From: Candidatus Micrarchaeota archaeon
Lineage (GTDB): Archaea; Micrarchaeota; Micrarchaeia; CABMEP01
Length of the DNA: 52,253 nucleotides
NCBI GenBank assembly: GCA_026413625.1
Contig: JAOAKO010000004.1
Location: 1-52,253, forward strand
Direction: 5' to 3'
The notes below the pieces were generated by a model that was not told where the DNA came from, did no database searches, and was given only the letters and a program-made list of their open reading frames with translations. Positions 1-7,704 of this stretch are shown piece after piece (the stretch's first letter is position 1; the number at the start of each line of letters is the position of its first letter). A program made the translations under genes and the position numbers.

Positions 1-163
1 TTGCAGGATTAGCGCCTTTACTTGCATCGGCTTTTACTCCAGGCTCTGCACTAATAAGAGGAGGGAGCATTAGCAATGAGAGGGCTACGAGTCTAGCTGC
101 TTTGCCTGCTCTTTCCACTCTGGACTTGGGTTTACTCTGCCTTGGTTCCGGCCTTTCTGCCAT
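1..163 (-). CDS. hypothetical protein, N-terminal fragment running off the window start
   Basis: ATG at 163-161 (minus) opens a frame MAERPEPRQSKPKSRVERAGKAARLVALSLLMLPPLISAEPG... that stays open to nt 1. The basic N-terminus followed by a hydrophobic stretch looks like a signal or anchor. No family recognised. Confidence 0.3.
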   Translation of the reverse strand, partial: MAERPEPRQSKPKSRVERAGKAARLVALSLLMLPPLISAEPGVKADASKGANPA

Positions 164-256
164 ATTATATTAATAAAGCAGAGCTATAAAAACATAACGA
201 TTCAAATCACATCATATATCCATATAGTTTATATTTTTTAGCATGCAACTTAATCT

Positions 257-1000
257 ATGGCAAAGCAAAATATTCAATCTGTAAATTGGACAACAATCGC
301 GATTGTTGCAGTGTTGGTTATAGGTTTCTTATTCGCGATTTTTTATCTTTATCCGAGAGAGACTTCGGATAAAACCGTGTCTGTAACTGGAAATGCGGTA
401 ATGCAGGTTCTTCCAGATAGAGTAGTTGTATATGCGCAAGTATTGACAAGATCAAAGGATTCTGCTGAAGAAGCAAAGAACCTTAATGCCCAGCTATCCG
501 ATGCGATTCTAACTGCTTTGATAAAGGCAGGAGTGAATAGAAGCGACATTGAAACTAGCGGATTTAGCGTTTATCCAGAATACGACTGGATACAGGACAA
601 AGGACAAGTGCTTAAGGGATACGCTGCAAGCAACTCAATGAAGATAACAATAGCTGACTTTGAAAATGCAGGGAAGATAGTGGATGCAGTTGTTAACAAC
701 GGGGGTCTAATCAGTTACATTAATTATGAATTGTCTGCACAAAAAATGAACGAATACAAAGCTCAAGCTCTCGCTCACGCGTCCCAAGATGCTAAAGTTA
801 AAGCAGAATCAATTGTCAAAGGATTAGGCAGAACCCTTGGCGATGTAGTTTCAGTGAGCGCGTCTGACTACAACTACATTCCATATCCAATATACAGGGC
901 TGAAGGCGCAACAGCAGATCTTAAAGAGATATCCACCAACCTTCCTTCTGCAAAATTAGAAGTAACTGCAACAGTCTCTGTAACTTATAAAATAAATTAA
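257..1000 (+). CDS. SIMPL/DUF541-family protein (26-kDa periplasmic immunogenic protein-like), N-terminal membrane anchor
   Basis: N-terminal TM (WTTIAIVAVLVIGFLFAIF), then the pattern typical of DUF541: V.GNA...PD..V.Y..V.....A.EA...N......I...L...GV...DI.T..FSV.P.Y. A TATA-like 'gtttatatttttt' at 227-239 puts the TSS at about the ATG (leaderless). Confidence 0.75.
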   Translation: MAKQNIQSVNWTTIAIVAVLVIGFLFAIFYLYPRETSDKTVSVTGNAVMQVLPDRVVVYAQVLTRSKDSAEEAKNLNAQLSDAILTALIKAGVNRSDIETSGFSVYPEYDWIQDKGQVLKGYAASNSMKITIADFENAGKIVDAVVNNGGLISYINYELSAQKMNEYKAQALAHASQDAKVKAESIVKGLGRTLGDVVSVSASDYNYIPYPIYRAEGATADLKEISTNLPSAKLEVTATVSVTYKIN

Positions 1001-1047
1001 TTTTTTATTTTAATTTTCTATTTTTTCTATATTTCGATAAATATCAG

Positions 1048-1172
1048 CGCTGGGGGCGAGATTCGAACTCGCGCAGGCCTTTTGGGCCTAACAGCTTTCC
1101 GCTTTTCTCTTTAAACTCTTTTTAAAAGAGCTTATTAGCAGGCTGCCGCCATAGCCACTAGGCGACCCCAGC
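1048..1172 (-). tRNA. tRNA-Ser(GCU) with a 39-nt intron at position 37/38
   Basis: Hand-folded on the minus strand: acceptor GCTGGGG/CCCCAGC, D arm GCC..GGC, anticodon stem GCAGC/GCTGT, loop CTGCTAA (anticodon GCT), long variable arm TAGGCCCAAAAGGCCTG, T arm GCGAG-TTCGAAT-CTCGC, discriminator G. No encoded CCA. Confidence 0.85.
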
Positions 1173-1185
1173 ATGTTAGGATTTG

Positions 1186-1200
1186 CAATATATAATTAAC
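1186..1200 (-). promoter_or_regulatory. TATA-like box about 26 nt upstream of the tRNA-Ser 5' end
   Basis: 'aatatataattaac' lies at the spacing expected for an archaeal TATA box relative to tRNA position 1 (1172). It sits in the 64-nt divergent spacer shared with amrS. Confidence 0.3.
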
Positions 1201-1236
1201 AAGTAACGTTTTTAATTTATACCTATAAACCATATT

Positions 1237-2298
1237 ATGAAATCTAAAAATGACAAAGTGGATTTTAAAGAGTGTTATGTCTACGAAAAGAGGCCAAATA
1301 ATACTGTAAGATGCCACACATGTTCGAGAAGATGCCTTATAGGAGAAGGACACACTGGATTTTGTCTTGTCAGAAAAAACATTAAGGGAAAACTTTACGC
1401 ATTAAATTATTCTAAGATTGCGACAATGAATATAGATCCAATAGGCAAAAAGCCGCTTGCTCACTTTCATCCAAATTCAAACGTTCTTTCAATTGCGACA
1501 ATGGGCTGCAATTTCAGATGTCAGTATTGCTGCAATTGGATGATAAGTCAACCTGAAAAAATGGAAGGGGAAGACACCCCTCCAGAAAAAATAATCAAGA
1601 TCGCAGAGGAATCGATGGCAGACGGGATCTCATACACTTATACAGAACCAACAATATTTTTTGAGACCTGCTACGATGTAGGAAAACTAGCAAAAGAGAA
1701 GGGCATGTTTAACACATGGGTTACAAATGGATATTTTACAAAGGAGACAATAGATAAAGGATATGGATATATAGATGCGATGACCGTGGATTTTAAGGCA
1801 TCCGGAAATTCTCAGTTTTATAAGAAGTTTGTTTCGATAAACGATGTTGAGCCGATATATGAGAATTTGAAATACATAAAGAAGAAAGGGATATATTTTG
1901 AAATTACCGATTTGATTGTGCCTAAAGTCGGAGACAATCTAGATGAAGTGAGGGCGCTTGCGCAATGGATAAGAGAAAATTTAGGGAAAGACATAACATT
2001 TCATTTGCTTAGGTTTTATCCTTCATATAAGATGATGGATTATCCAGATACACCAATTGAAACGCTTGAGAAAGCGTACAAAATAGCAAGCGAATATCTG
2101 GATTATGTTCTTTTAGGCAATGTTCCTGGGCATCCGGGTGAAAACACCTACTGTCCGAATTGCCATTCTCTTGTGATAGGAAGATACGGATTTTTAGTCA
2201 TGAAATGGATGCTTGACAAAGATAATAAATGCACAAACTGCGGATATAAAATTCCAATTGTTGGTAAATTGAAATATCCGTTGTCTTCTTTCGGATAG
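1237..2298 (+). CDS. amrS: AmmeMemoRadiSam system radical SAM enzyme
   Basis: Radical-SAM cluster motif CNFRCQYCCNW, an N-terminal Cys-rich stretch (CHTCSRRC...C) and a C-terminal CPNC...CTNC zinc-ribbon-like pair. Directly followed by AMMECR1 and Memo genes. Confidence 0.88.
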   Translation: MKSKNDKVDFKECYVYEKRPNNTVRCHTCSRRCLIGEGHTGFCLVRKNIKGKLYALNYSKIATMNIDPIGKKPLAHFHPNSNVLSIATMGCNFRCQYCCNWMISQPEKMEGEDTPPEKIIKIAEESMADGISYTYTEPTIFFETCYDVGKLAKEKGMFNTWVTNGYFTKETIDKGYGYIDAMTVDFKASGNSQFYKKFVSINDVEPIYENLKYIKKKGIYFEITDLIVPKVGDNLDEVRALAQWIRENLGKDITFHLLRFYPSYKMMDYPDTPIETLEKAYKIASEYLDYVLLGNVPGHPGENTYCPNCHSLVIGRYGFLVMKWMLDKDNKCTNCGYKIPIVGKLKYPLSSFG

Positions 2299-2308
2299 CG
2301 GTGATAGC

Positions 2309-2923
2309 ATGTTTGAATATTCATTAAAGGATGGCGAGATTCTGGTGGAGATCGCCCATAAGGCAATAAAAGAATATGTGCTTCATGGAGAGATAATTGA
2401 CATTAAAAGAGAATTTCCAGCTCTGCCTCAGCATCTTTTGGAAAAGAGAGGGGCATTTGTAACTCTAACAATTAATGATGAACTGAGGGGTTGCATAGGC
2501 ATTCCTCTTCCAATTCAACCATTGGTCGAGGCAGTCCGGGATATGGCGATAAGCGCCGCAACCGAAGACTATAGATTCATTCCGGTAAGCGAAAGCGAAG
2601 TCGATGAAATTCAAATCGAGATAAGCATTCTAACTCTTCCAAGGGAATTAAAATTAGAAAACAAGGAAGAAGCACCTAGAAAAATTAAAGTCGGGAGAGA
2701 CGGGTTGATAATTGAGTCGGATTGGCAAAGGGGACTGCTGCTGCCGCAAGTAGCTGTAGAAGAAAATTGGAATGAAGAGGAGTTTTTAGATCATGCATGT
2801 ATAAAGGCAGGTTTACATGAGGGGTGCTGGAAAAAAAAGGAAACAAAAATTTTAACATTCCAAGCAATAATATTTTCAGAAGATAAAAAGGGAAAAGTTA
2901 AGATGATATTACCTGAAGAGTGA
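2309..2923 (+). CDS. amrA: AMMECR1-domain protein
   Basis: Hallmark motifs RGAFVTL and LRGCIG. SD-like 'ggtga' lies 4 nt before the ATG and the gene starts 10 nt after the amrS stop. Confidence 0.9.
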   Translation: MFEYSLKDGEILVEIAHKAIKEYVLHGEIIDIKREFPALPQHLLEKRGAFVTLTINDELRGCIGIPLPIQPLVEAVRDMAISAATEDYRFIPVSESEVDEIQIEISILTLPRELKLENKEEAPRKIKVGRDGLIIESDWQRGLLLPQVAVEENWNEEEFLDHACIKAGLHEGCWKKKETKILTFQAIIFSEDKKGKVKMILPEE

Positions 2924-2927
2924 TCTT

Positions 2928-3776
2928 ATGAATCTTAGAAAAGCGGCTGTTGCAGGTTCATTTTATCCATCTTCAAAAAAGGAAGTAGAGGATATTATTG
3001 GGAGATTATTTTCATCTCCATCGGTCTCAGGTCTAGAGCCAGCCGAGGGCATGATCGGGTTCGTGTCTCCACATGCAGGTTACATTTATTCCGGCAAAAC
3101 TGCTGCGTATGGATATTCGAGAATAAAAAAGATTGGTAAGGATTCAACGTTTGTTATTCTAGGACCAAATCACTATGGCTTCGGTGCAGAGGTTTCAATC
3201 TATCCTAAAGGAGAATGGGAAACTCCGCTTGGAAGGGCGGTTATAGATGAGGACTTTATAAATGAATTATGCAAGGTATGCAATGGAGACATACTGATGG
3301 ATGCAAGCGCGCATCTTTATGAGCACTCCATTGAAGTTCAACTACCATTTCTTCAGTATTTGTTTGGAAAGAATTTCAAATTTGTTCCCATATGCATGCT
3401 TAATCAAAGCATAAGCATTGCGAAGGAGATATCAGAAATTCTTTATGCAACATATCTAAAAATGCATAAGAAGGGTGAAAAAGTATTTTTTATATCATCA
3501 AGCGATTTTAGTCATTATGTCCCTAAGAAAAAAGCAGAACAAGACGACTCTTTCGCAATAGAGAAAATAAAATCATTGGATGTAAAATCATTTTATGAAA
3601 CAATTGGAAAAAGGCAAATTTCCATTTGCGGATACGGTCCTATCTCTACATTAATGTTCATTTCAAAGAAGTTGGAAGTGAGAGAAATTAATCTCTTGAA
3701 CTACTCTACAAGTGCAGACGCTACCATGGATGAGAATGCGGTAGTTGGATATGCGTCTATTGAATTTTTGAAATAA
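2928..3776 (+). CDS. amrB: Memo-family protein
   Basis: AGSFYP, SPHAGYIYSG, GPNHYG, EHSIEVQLPFLQ, SSSDFSHY and ICGYGP match the conserved Memo metal-site and core motifs. Starts 4 nt after amrA. Confidence 0.9.
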   Translation: MNLRKAAVAGSFYPSSKKEVEDIIGRLFSSPSVSGLEPAEGMIGFVSPHAGYIYSGKTAAYGYSRIKKIGKDSTFVILGPNHYGFGAEVSIYPKGEWETPLGRAVIDEDFINELCKVCNGDILMDASAHLYEHSIEVQLPFLQYLFGKNFKFVPICMLNQSISIAKEISEILYATYLKMHKKGEKVFFISSSDFSHYVPKKKAEQDDSFAIEKIKSLDVKSFYETIGKRQISICGYGPISTLMFISKKLEVREINLLNYSTSADATMDENAVVGYASIEFLK

Positions 3777-3800
3777 GCGCTTAATTATACAAATTATATT

Positions 3801-4070
3801 GGTGTGGCTGGACTGGCTTAAGTTGGTTTCCAAACCAGTTAGCTTATCCATTCTTAACCTCCACTCCGCAACCCCATAGACAAGGCGTCTTGCACTTAAG
3901 GTTGCTCCTTCCGGCCTGGCCTGGTTCATGCAAGTAACCTTCCTATAGGACAGAGCTTCGACGGTTTCAGAATGGGGCTCACTGACATGGTGTCCGCCCT
4001 AAGCCTTGAGACCCCACTATAGAGGATTTGTGGTTTAGGAGACCCCTAGCCTCCCAGTCCGCCAGCCACA
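3801..4070 (-). ncRNA. Signal recognition particle RNA (archaeal 7S/SRP RNA)
   Basis: The minus strand reads ...CCAGGCCAGGCCGGAAGGAGCAACCUUAAG..., matching the universally conserved helix-8 motif (compare E. coli 4.5S CAGGUCCGGAAGGAAGCAGC). The termini GUGGCUGGCGGACUGG / CCAGUCCAGCCACAC pair to close the molecule. The region is non-coding and about 270 nt, slightly short for archaea. Confidence 0.8.
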
Positions 4071-4131
4071 TAGATATTTAATGCTTAGAGTTTAAAATAA
4101 TTTACTCTTTATCATCCAGGTAGGTGAATTT

Positions 4132-4851
4132 ATGAAACTAAGGGTAATTCTAGTGGAACCGGAGTATGAGCAAAATTTAGGTTATTGTGCGCGCGTTATG
4201 AAGAATTTTGATTTTTATGATCTTGTATTAGTGAATCCGAAAGTCCAGATAGGTGAAGAGGCGAAAATGTATTCTAAGCATGCCCTTGATGTTCTTTCAT
4301 CTGCGAAAATTGTTTCAAGCCTTGAAGAGGCTATAGATGGATGTTCGATAGTGATAGGAAGCACTGCGGTTAAAAGCGGAGGAAGGGAAGTATTAAGGGT
4401 GCCAATAGCTCCAAGAGAAGCCGCAGAGGAATTTTCAAAAACAGATATGGAGGTCGGATTGCTAATAGGGCGAGAAGGAACAGGTTTGTCTAAGGAAGAA
4501 CTTGAACAGTGCGATGCAGTAATTAGAATTCCCTCTTCCGAAAACTATGGTACCCTAAACATATCTCATGCATTAGGCATAATGCTATATGAATTTAGTA
4601 TTGCGAGCAAACGCGGCATAAGTGCTCCTTCCATAAGTAGTGAGGAAAGAAAAATAATAGACAATACAACAATACGTTTGGTTAAAAGCTTAAAAGGAAT
4701 TAGAGGGGAAAGAACCACAATTCTCTCACTTAAGCGTATTTTTGGGCGTGGAATTCGCTCTGCCACAGAAGGAAAAGCGTTAATCAATTTCCTTAAAAAA
4801 CTGGAAAATGCAATAGTCAAACCAAAGAAAAATAAATATAAAAACAAGTGA
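4132..4851 (+). CDS. trmJ: SPOUT-class RNA 2'-O-methyltransferase, TrmJ-like
   Basis: The N-terminus LRVILVEPEYEQNLGYCARVMKNFDF..LVLVNP and the C-terminal knot region LNISHALGIMLYEF are typical of the TrmJ/TrmH group. SD 'aggtga' lies 4 nt upstream. Confidence 0.72.
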   Translation: MKLRVILVEPEYEQNLGYCARVMKNFDFYDLVLVNPKVQIGEEAKMYSKHALDVLSSAKIVSSLEEAIDGCSIVIGSTAVKSGGREVLRVPIAPREAAEEFSKTDMEVGLLIGREGTGLSKEELEQCDAVIRIPSSENYGTLNISHALGIMLYEFSIASKRGISAPSISSEERKIIDNTTIRLVKSLKGIRGERTTILSLKRIFGRGIRSATEGKALINFLKKLENAIVKPKKNKYKNK

Positions 4852-4872
4852 AAATCAAAATATTAAATAAAA

Positions 4873-5235
4873 TTATCTCTTTCTCTTGACGATCTTTATT
4901 CCCTCTGGTGTGAGAATTAAAGTGTCGTCCTTTATTCTAGCGACGTCTCCGTTGATCTTTGTAACGTATCCCTTGAGCTCGCCGATAACATTTCTAAGTC
5001 TTGTCTGCTGCTTTGAGAGCGGTCCGAAGTTAAGAAGAACAATGTTTCCTCTTGATAATTCGTGCTCTACGACGCTAACGTCTGCCTCGCTCTCGAGCGC
5101 AATCGGCTTGACGAACCTGTCTGCTCCCTCGTGAAGAACATCAACGTTCTCAAGCTCTGCGGTGTCTAGATATTCCTCTAGGTCCATTTCCTTGCTCAGA
5201 CCTAATAAGCCTGATAGTCTTTGGAGTATTCCCAT
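4873..5235 (-). CDS. sepF: SepF-like cell division protein
   Basis: A small protein with a conserved SepF/DUF552 C-terminal core (VKPIALESEADVSVVEHELSRGNIVLLNF...LKGYV..INGDVARI). I prefer the ATG at 5235 (MGILQRL) over the listed GTG at 5244, because 'gaggtga' sits just upstream of the ATG. Confidence 0.78.
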   Translation of the reverse strand: MGILQRLSGLLGLSKEMDLEEYLDTAELENVDVLHEGADRFVKPIALESEADVSVVEHELSRGNIVLLNFGPLSKQQTRLRNVIGELKGYVTKINGDVARIKDDTLILTPEGIKIVKRKR

Positions 5236-5351
5236 TAATGTCACCTCTATTTCTATTTATATAGTGTAATATTAAAAAAGGTTATCTTTTTTGTTTTTTA
5301 CAGAAAGTACAAAGAATTTTTATCTAACGTCGATGATCATTAACCTTCATT

Positions 5352-5930
5352 TTGGCACAAACATTCATACAAACAATCAAAGATTGGTTTAAAATCTTTC
5401 ATTATAATTATTTTATTGATACTATGCGCAAATGTAAAGTAAGGTTTAGATTAAACAAAAAATTGAGGGGGACGTTAGCCAGACCTTTAGGTAACGTATT
5501 TTCAGAAGAAGAGACGCTTTCATTCTTGAGAGACAAACGCAGAAATAAAAAATACAAATTGATTGCAGTTGGAGATGCAACCGGTCTTTTTCTTTCGAAA
5601 AACGGTTTTATTCCAGATCTGTGGATATACGACGGCAAGATTATGAGAAAGAAAATAAGTTGGAAATTACCATTTCCTACATATGTGGTGACAAATCCAC
5701 GCTCCCTTATCAGTAGTGAACTTTGCGATGCAATAGATGATGCACTTAGATCAAATAAAACAGAACGAATATTGGTAATCGGAGAAGAGGACCTGGCGAC
5801 TATTTATGTTCTTTACAGGGCAAAAAGAGCATTTATCTTATATGGACAGCCTGGAAAGGGAATAGTCATAATAAAGTCAGATCGCAAAACAAGGAATATG
5901 GCAGAGTCATTTTTAAGACAAATGGAATAA
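5352..5930 (+). CDS. GTP-dependent dephospho-CoA kinase (DUF359/COG1909 family)
   Basis: LIAVGDATG...PDLWIYDGKIMRK and VIGEEDLATIYV...ILYGQPGKGIVII follow the DUF359 pattern. The start is uncertain: the listed TTG at 5352 or the internal ATG at 5424 (MRKCKV). Confidence 0.7.
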   Translation: MAQTFIQTIKDWFKIFHYNYFIDTMRKCKVRFRLNKKLRGTLARPLGNVFSEEETLSFLRDKRRNKKYKLIAVGDATGLFLSKNGFIPDLWIYDGKIMRKKISWKLPFPTYVVTNPRSLISSELCDAIDDALRSNKTERILVIGEEDLATIYVLYRAKRAFILYGQPGKGIVIIKSDRKTRNMAESFLRQME

Positions 5931-6128
5931 CTAGCCTTTTCCTTTTGCCAAAACTTGAAGAAGAACAAAGCAAAGTATTCCGGCAAATATTCCAAGTAAC
6001 CATGGCGTAACATTGTCTTTGTAAAAGTAGCGGTTTGCTTTAAGGGCTGCCCCTATTGTTACTGCTATAATTATCGCTAATATGATCCTTCCTCCAGTTA
6101 TAAAAACTTCACTCCATTTTGTTGCCAT
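5931..6128 (-). CDS. small membrane protein (2 TM), hypothetical
   Basis: 65 aa with two clear hydrophobic helices. Convergent with the preceding gene with zero spacing. No family recognised. Confidence 0.4.
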   Translation of the reverse strand: MATKWSEVFITGGRIILAIIIAVTIGAALKANRYFYKDNVTPWLLGIFAGILCFVLLQVLAKGKG

Positions 6129-6275
6129 ATTACTTTTATGTTCAATAAACTATAAAAACTTTAATTTTTCGCTGATTGCCGTATTTACATAAACCATAGA
6201 TAAGGTTTTTAAATTCAACCTTTAGTTAATAATATTTGTTTGTTACAGCTTTGCTGTAATAAAAGGTGATAAAAA

Positions 6276-6638
6276 ATGGCAAAGGAGACTATGGAATCAT
6301 TTGGTGCATGGGCATTTTACCTAGGTTTGATCGTAGCCCTTGTGCTTGCAGTTATGCCAACAGTATTAAGTGCAGGATGGACAATTCTCATCCTTGGATT
6401 TCTAGGTATTATAGTTGGTTTGCTGAACATCGGAGACAAGGAATTGCAACTATATATGATAGCAAACATTGCTTTCTTAGTGGCTGCCAATGGATTCACC
6501 GGAGTTCTAACAGCATTACCTGTGGGAACCGGAGGAATAACCTTCCTTGCAAGCTTTGTCCACAACATAATTTTGTTTGTGGCTCCAGGTGTAGCAGTAG
6601 TTGCTTTGAAAGCTCTTTATGAAGTTGCAAAGGAATAA
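6276..6638 (+). CDS. integral membrane protein (about 4 TM), hypothetical
   Basis: Strong SD 'aaggtgat' 6 nt before the ATG, hydrophobic throughout, and followed by a hairpin plus T-tract. Confidence 0.6.
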   Translation: MAKETMESFGAWAFYLGLIVALVLAVMPTVLSAGWTILILGFLGIIVGLLNIGDKELQLYMIANIAFLVAANGFTGVLTALPVGTGGITFLASFVHNIILFVAPGVAVVALKALYEVAKE

Positions 6639-6641
6639 ATT

Positions 6642-6675
6642 AAAAAAGTCGGCTCTGCCGACCTTTTTCTTTTTA
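6642..6675 (+). terminator. A-tract / GTCGGC-tct-GCCGAC hairpin / T-tract terminator-like element
   Basis: A perfect 6-bp GC-rich hairpin (6648-6662) flanked by AAAAAA and CTTTTTCTTTTT, immediately after the stop at 6638. Confidence 0.5.
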
Positions 6676-6709
6676 ATTTTCACATATTTTTCTTTTTAAT
6701 TTTCACATA
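6664..6709. repeat. perfect 23-bp tandem duplication (tttttctttttaattttcacata x2)
   Basis: Units 6664-6686 and 6687-6709 are identical base for base. Confidence 0.95.
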
Positions 6710-6746
6710 AGATAATCTTTATATATCTCTATGTCATAAACTTATT

Positions 6747-7208
6747 ATGGAAGAGATGAAATTTAAGGGAGACGAAGGCAAAGAAAAAAACAATGAAATA
6801 GCAAAGAAGGGAAGGATCGATCCATTAGATGATATAATCCACCATAAAAATCAGAAAAAAAACATTGTTTTAATTCTTGAAGACAACCAAACCGTGCTTA
6901 AATTATACGATAAGGCATTTAAAGGCCTGAACTGCAGATTTCTTACTACTCTTAAGGAAGGGGAGGAAGAGCTGAAAAGATTGGACGCTGAAAAACTAGA
7001 GCCTGCAGTCATAGTTGCAGATTTCCATCTTCCAGATGGAGAAAGTACAGAATTTATAAATAGAATAAAAGAAAGATACCCTAAAATAAAGGTAATTCTT
7101 TCTTCTTCCGATGACTCGGCAGAATTTAAAGTTAAGCACGATGTCGTATATGGAAAGGGCCAGATCCTTTCTATTTTGTTTAAAATAAAAGAATACCTTT
7201 CAGAATAA
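6747..7208 (+). CDS. stand-alone response-regulator receiver (CheY-like) domain protein
   Basis: IVLILEDN (acidic pocket), VIVADFHLPDG (phospho-acceptor Asp context) and KVILSSSD. An N-terminal extension of about 45 aa is Lys/Glu-rich. No output domain. Confidence 0.75.
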   Translation: MEEMKFKGDEGKEKNNEIAKKGRIDPLDDIIHHKNQKKNIVLILEDNQTVLKLYDKAFKGLNCRFLTTLKEGEEELKRLDAEKLEPAVIVADFHLPDGESTEFINRIKERYPKIKVILSSSDDSAEFKVKHDVVYGKGQILSILFKIKEYLSE

Positions 7209-7247
7209 GCAAAAGGTTTTATTTTTTTATTCATATTTAATTTTTGA

Positions 7248-7344
7248 GCCCCCGTAGTATAACCTGGATAGTACGCGAGCTTGCGGACATCTCGTTTCAT
7301 TTGGCAAAAAGCTTGTAATGCGGGTTCGAATCCCGTCGGGGGCG
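7248..7344 (+). tRNA. tRNA-Arg(GCG) with an intron of about 23 nt at 37/38
   Basis: Acceptor GCCCCCG/CGGGGGC, D arm GTAT..GTAC, anticodon stem CGAGC/GCTTG, loop TTGCGGA (anticodon GCG), T arm GCGGG-TTCGAAT-CCCGT, discriminator G. Confidence 0.8.
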
Positions 7345-7471
7345 TTAAGTAAATAACAAAAATTAAACTAACTAGAGAATTTAAAAATATTAACTATATA
7401 TTATATTTACTATTCTGATTAATTCAATCAGATCTAATCTTTTTGCAAAATCTAAACTAAAACGTGATATT

Positions 7472-7621
7472 ATGGGTAAGTTTCCAATAGCGGACGCAAA
7501 GCTTAAAAAACAAGTCGTATGCAGAAAATGCAAAACAAAAAACAAAGCAGGAGTAGAAAAGTGCAGAAAATGCAACTACAAATTCCTTAGGCCAAAGAAG
7601 ACTACAGTAGTCAAGAAATAA
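7472..7621 (+). CDS. rpl40e: 50S ribosomal protein L40e
   Basis: Not in the ORF track (49 aa). My translation is MGKFPIADAKLKKQVVCRKCKTKNKAGVEKCRKCNYKFLRPKKTTVVKK, which has the C-x2-C...C-x2-C zinc ribbon and the 'CRKCGYK.LRPK' signature of archaeal L40e. SD-like 'gtgat' lies 3 nt upstream. Confidence 0.85.
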   Translation: MGKFPIADAKLKKQVVCRKCKTKNKAGVEKCRKCNYKFLRPKKTTVVKK

Positions 7622-7632
7622 CTTTTTTTCTT

Positions 7633-7704
7633 GCCCTAGTAGCTCAACGGCAGAGCGACTGACTTGTAATCAGTAGGTTGGGAGTTCAAATCTCCCCTAG
7701 GGCT
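7633..7704 (+). tRNA. tRNA-Thr(UGU), no intron
   Basis: GCCCTAG/CTAGGGC acceptor, GCTC..GAGC D arm, ACTGA-CTTGTAA-TCAGT anticodon arm, GGGAG-TTCAAAT-CTCCC T arm, discriminator T. Starts 11 nt after the rpl40e stop. Confidence 0.9.

Noticed and set aside
1135-1353. 72-aa minus-strand ORF
   Set aside because: It overlaps the 5' half of tRNA-Ser and the start of the radical SAM gene. It is a composition artefact.
3663-3929. 88-aa minus-strand ORF overlapping the end of amrB and the SRP RNA
   Set aside because: The region is better explained by the conserved SRP RNA on the same strand and by the strongly supported Memo CDS. There are no coding signals.
3801-4070. Plus-strand orientation for the structured RNA
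   Set aside because: The conserved SRP helix-8 motif (GGCCGGAAGGAGCAAC) appears only when the minus strand is read. The plus strand gives its complement.
6266-6622. 118-aa alternative-frame ORF over the membrane-protein gene; similar alternative-frame ORFs at 11921-12145, 25082-25330 and 46192-46518
   Set aside because: The frame with the SD (6276) gives a coherent multi-TM protein. The alternative frames give Cys/Arg/Ser-rich or otherwise incoherent sequence and overlap better-supported genes.
7390-7575. 61-aa minus-strand ORF
   Set aside because: It is antisense to the L40e gene, which has a recognisable conserved zinc-ribbon sequence and an SD. The antisense product is hydrophobic, low-information sequence.
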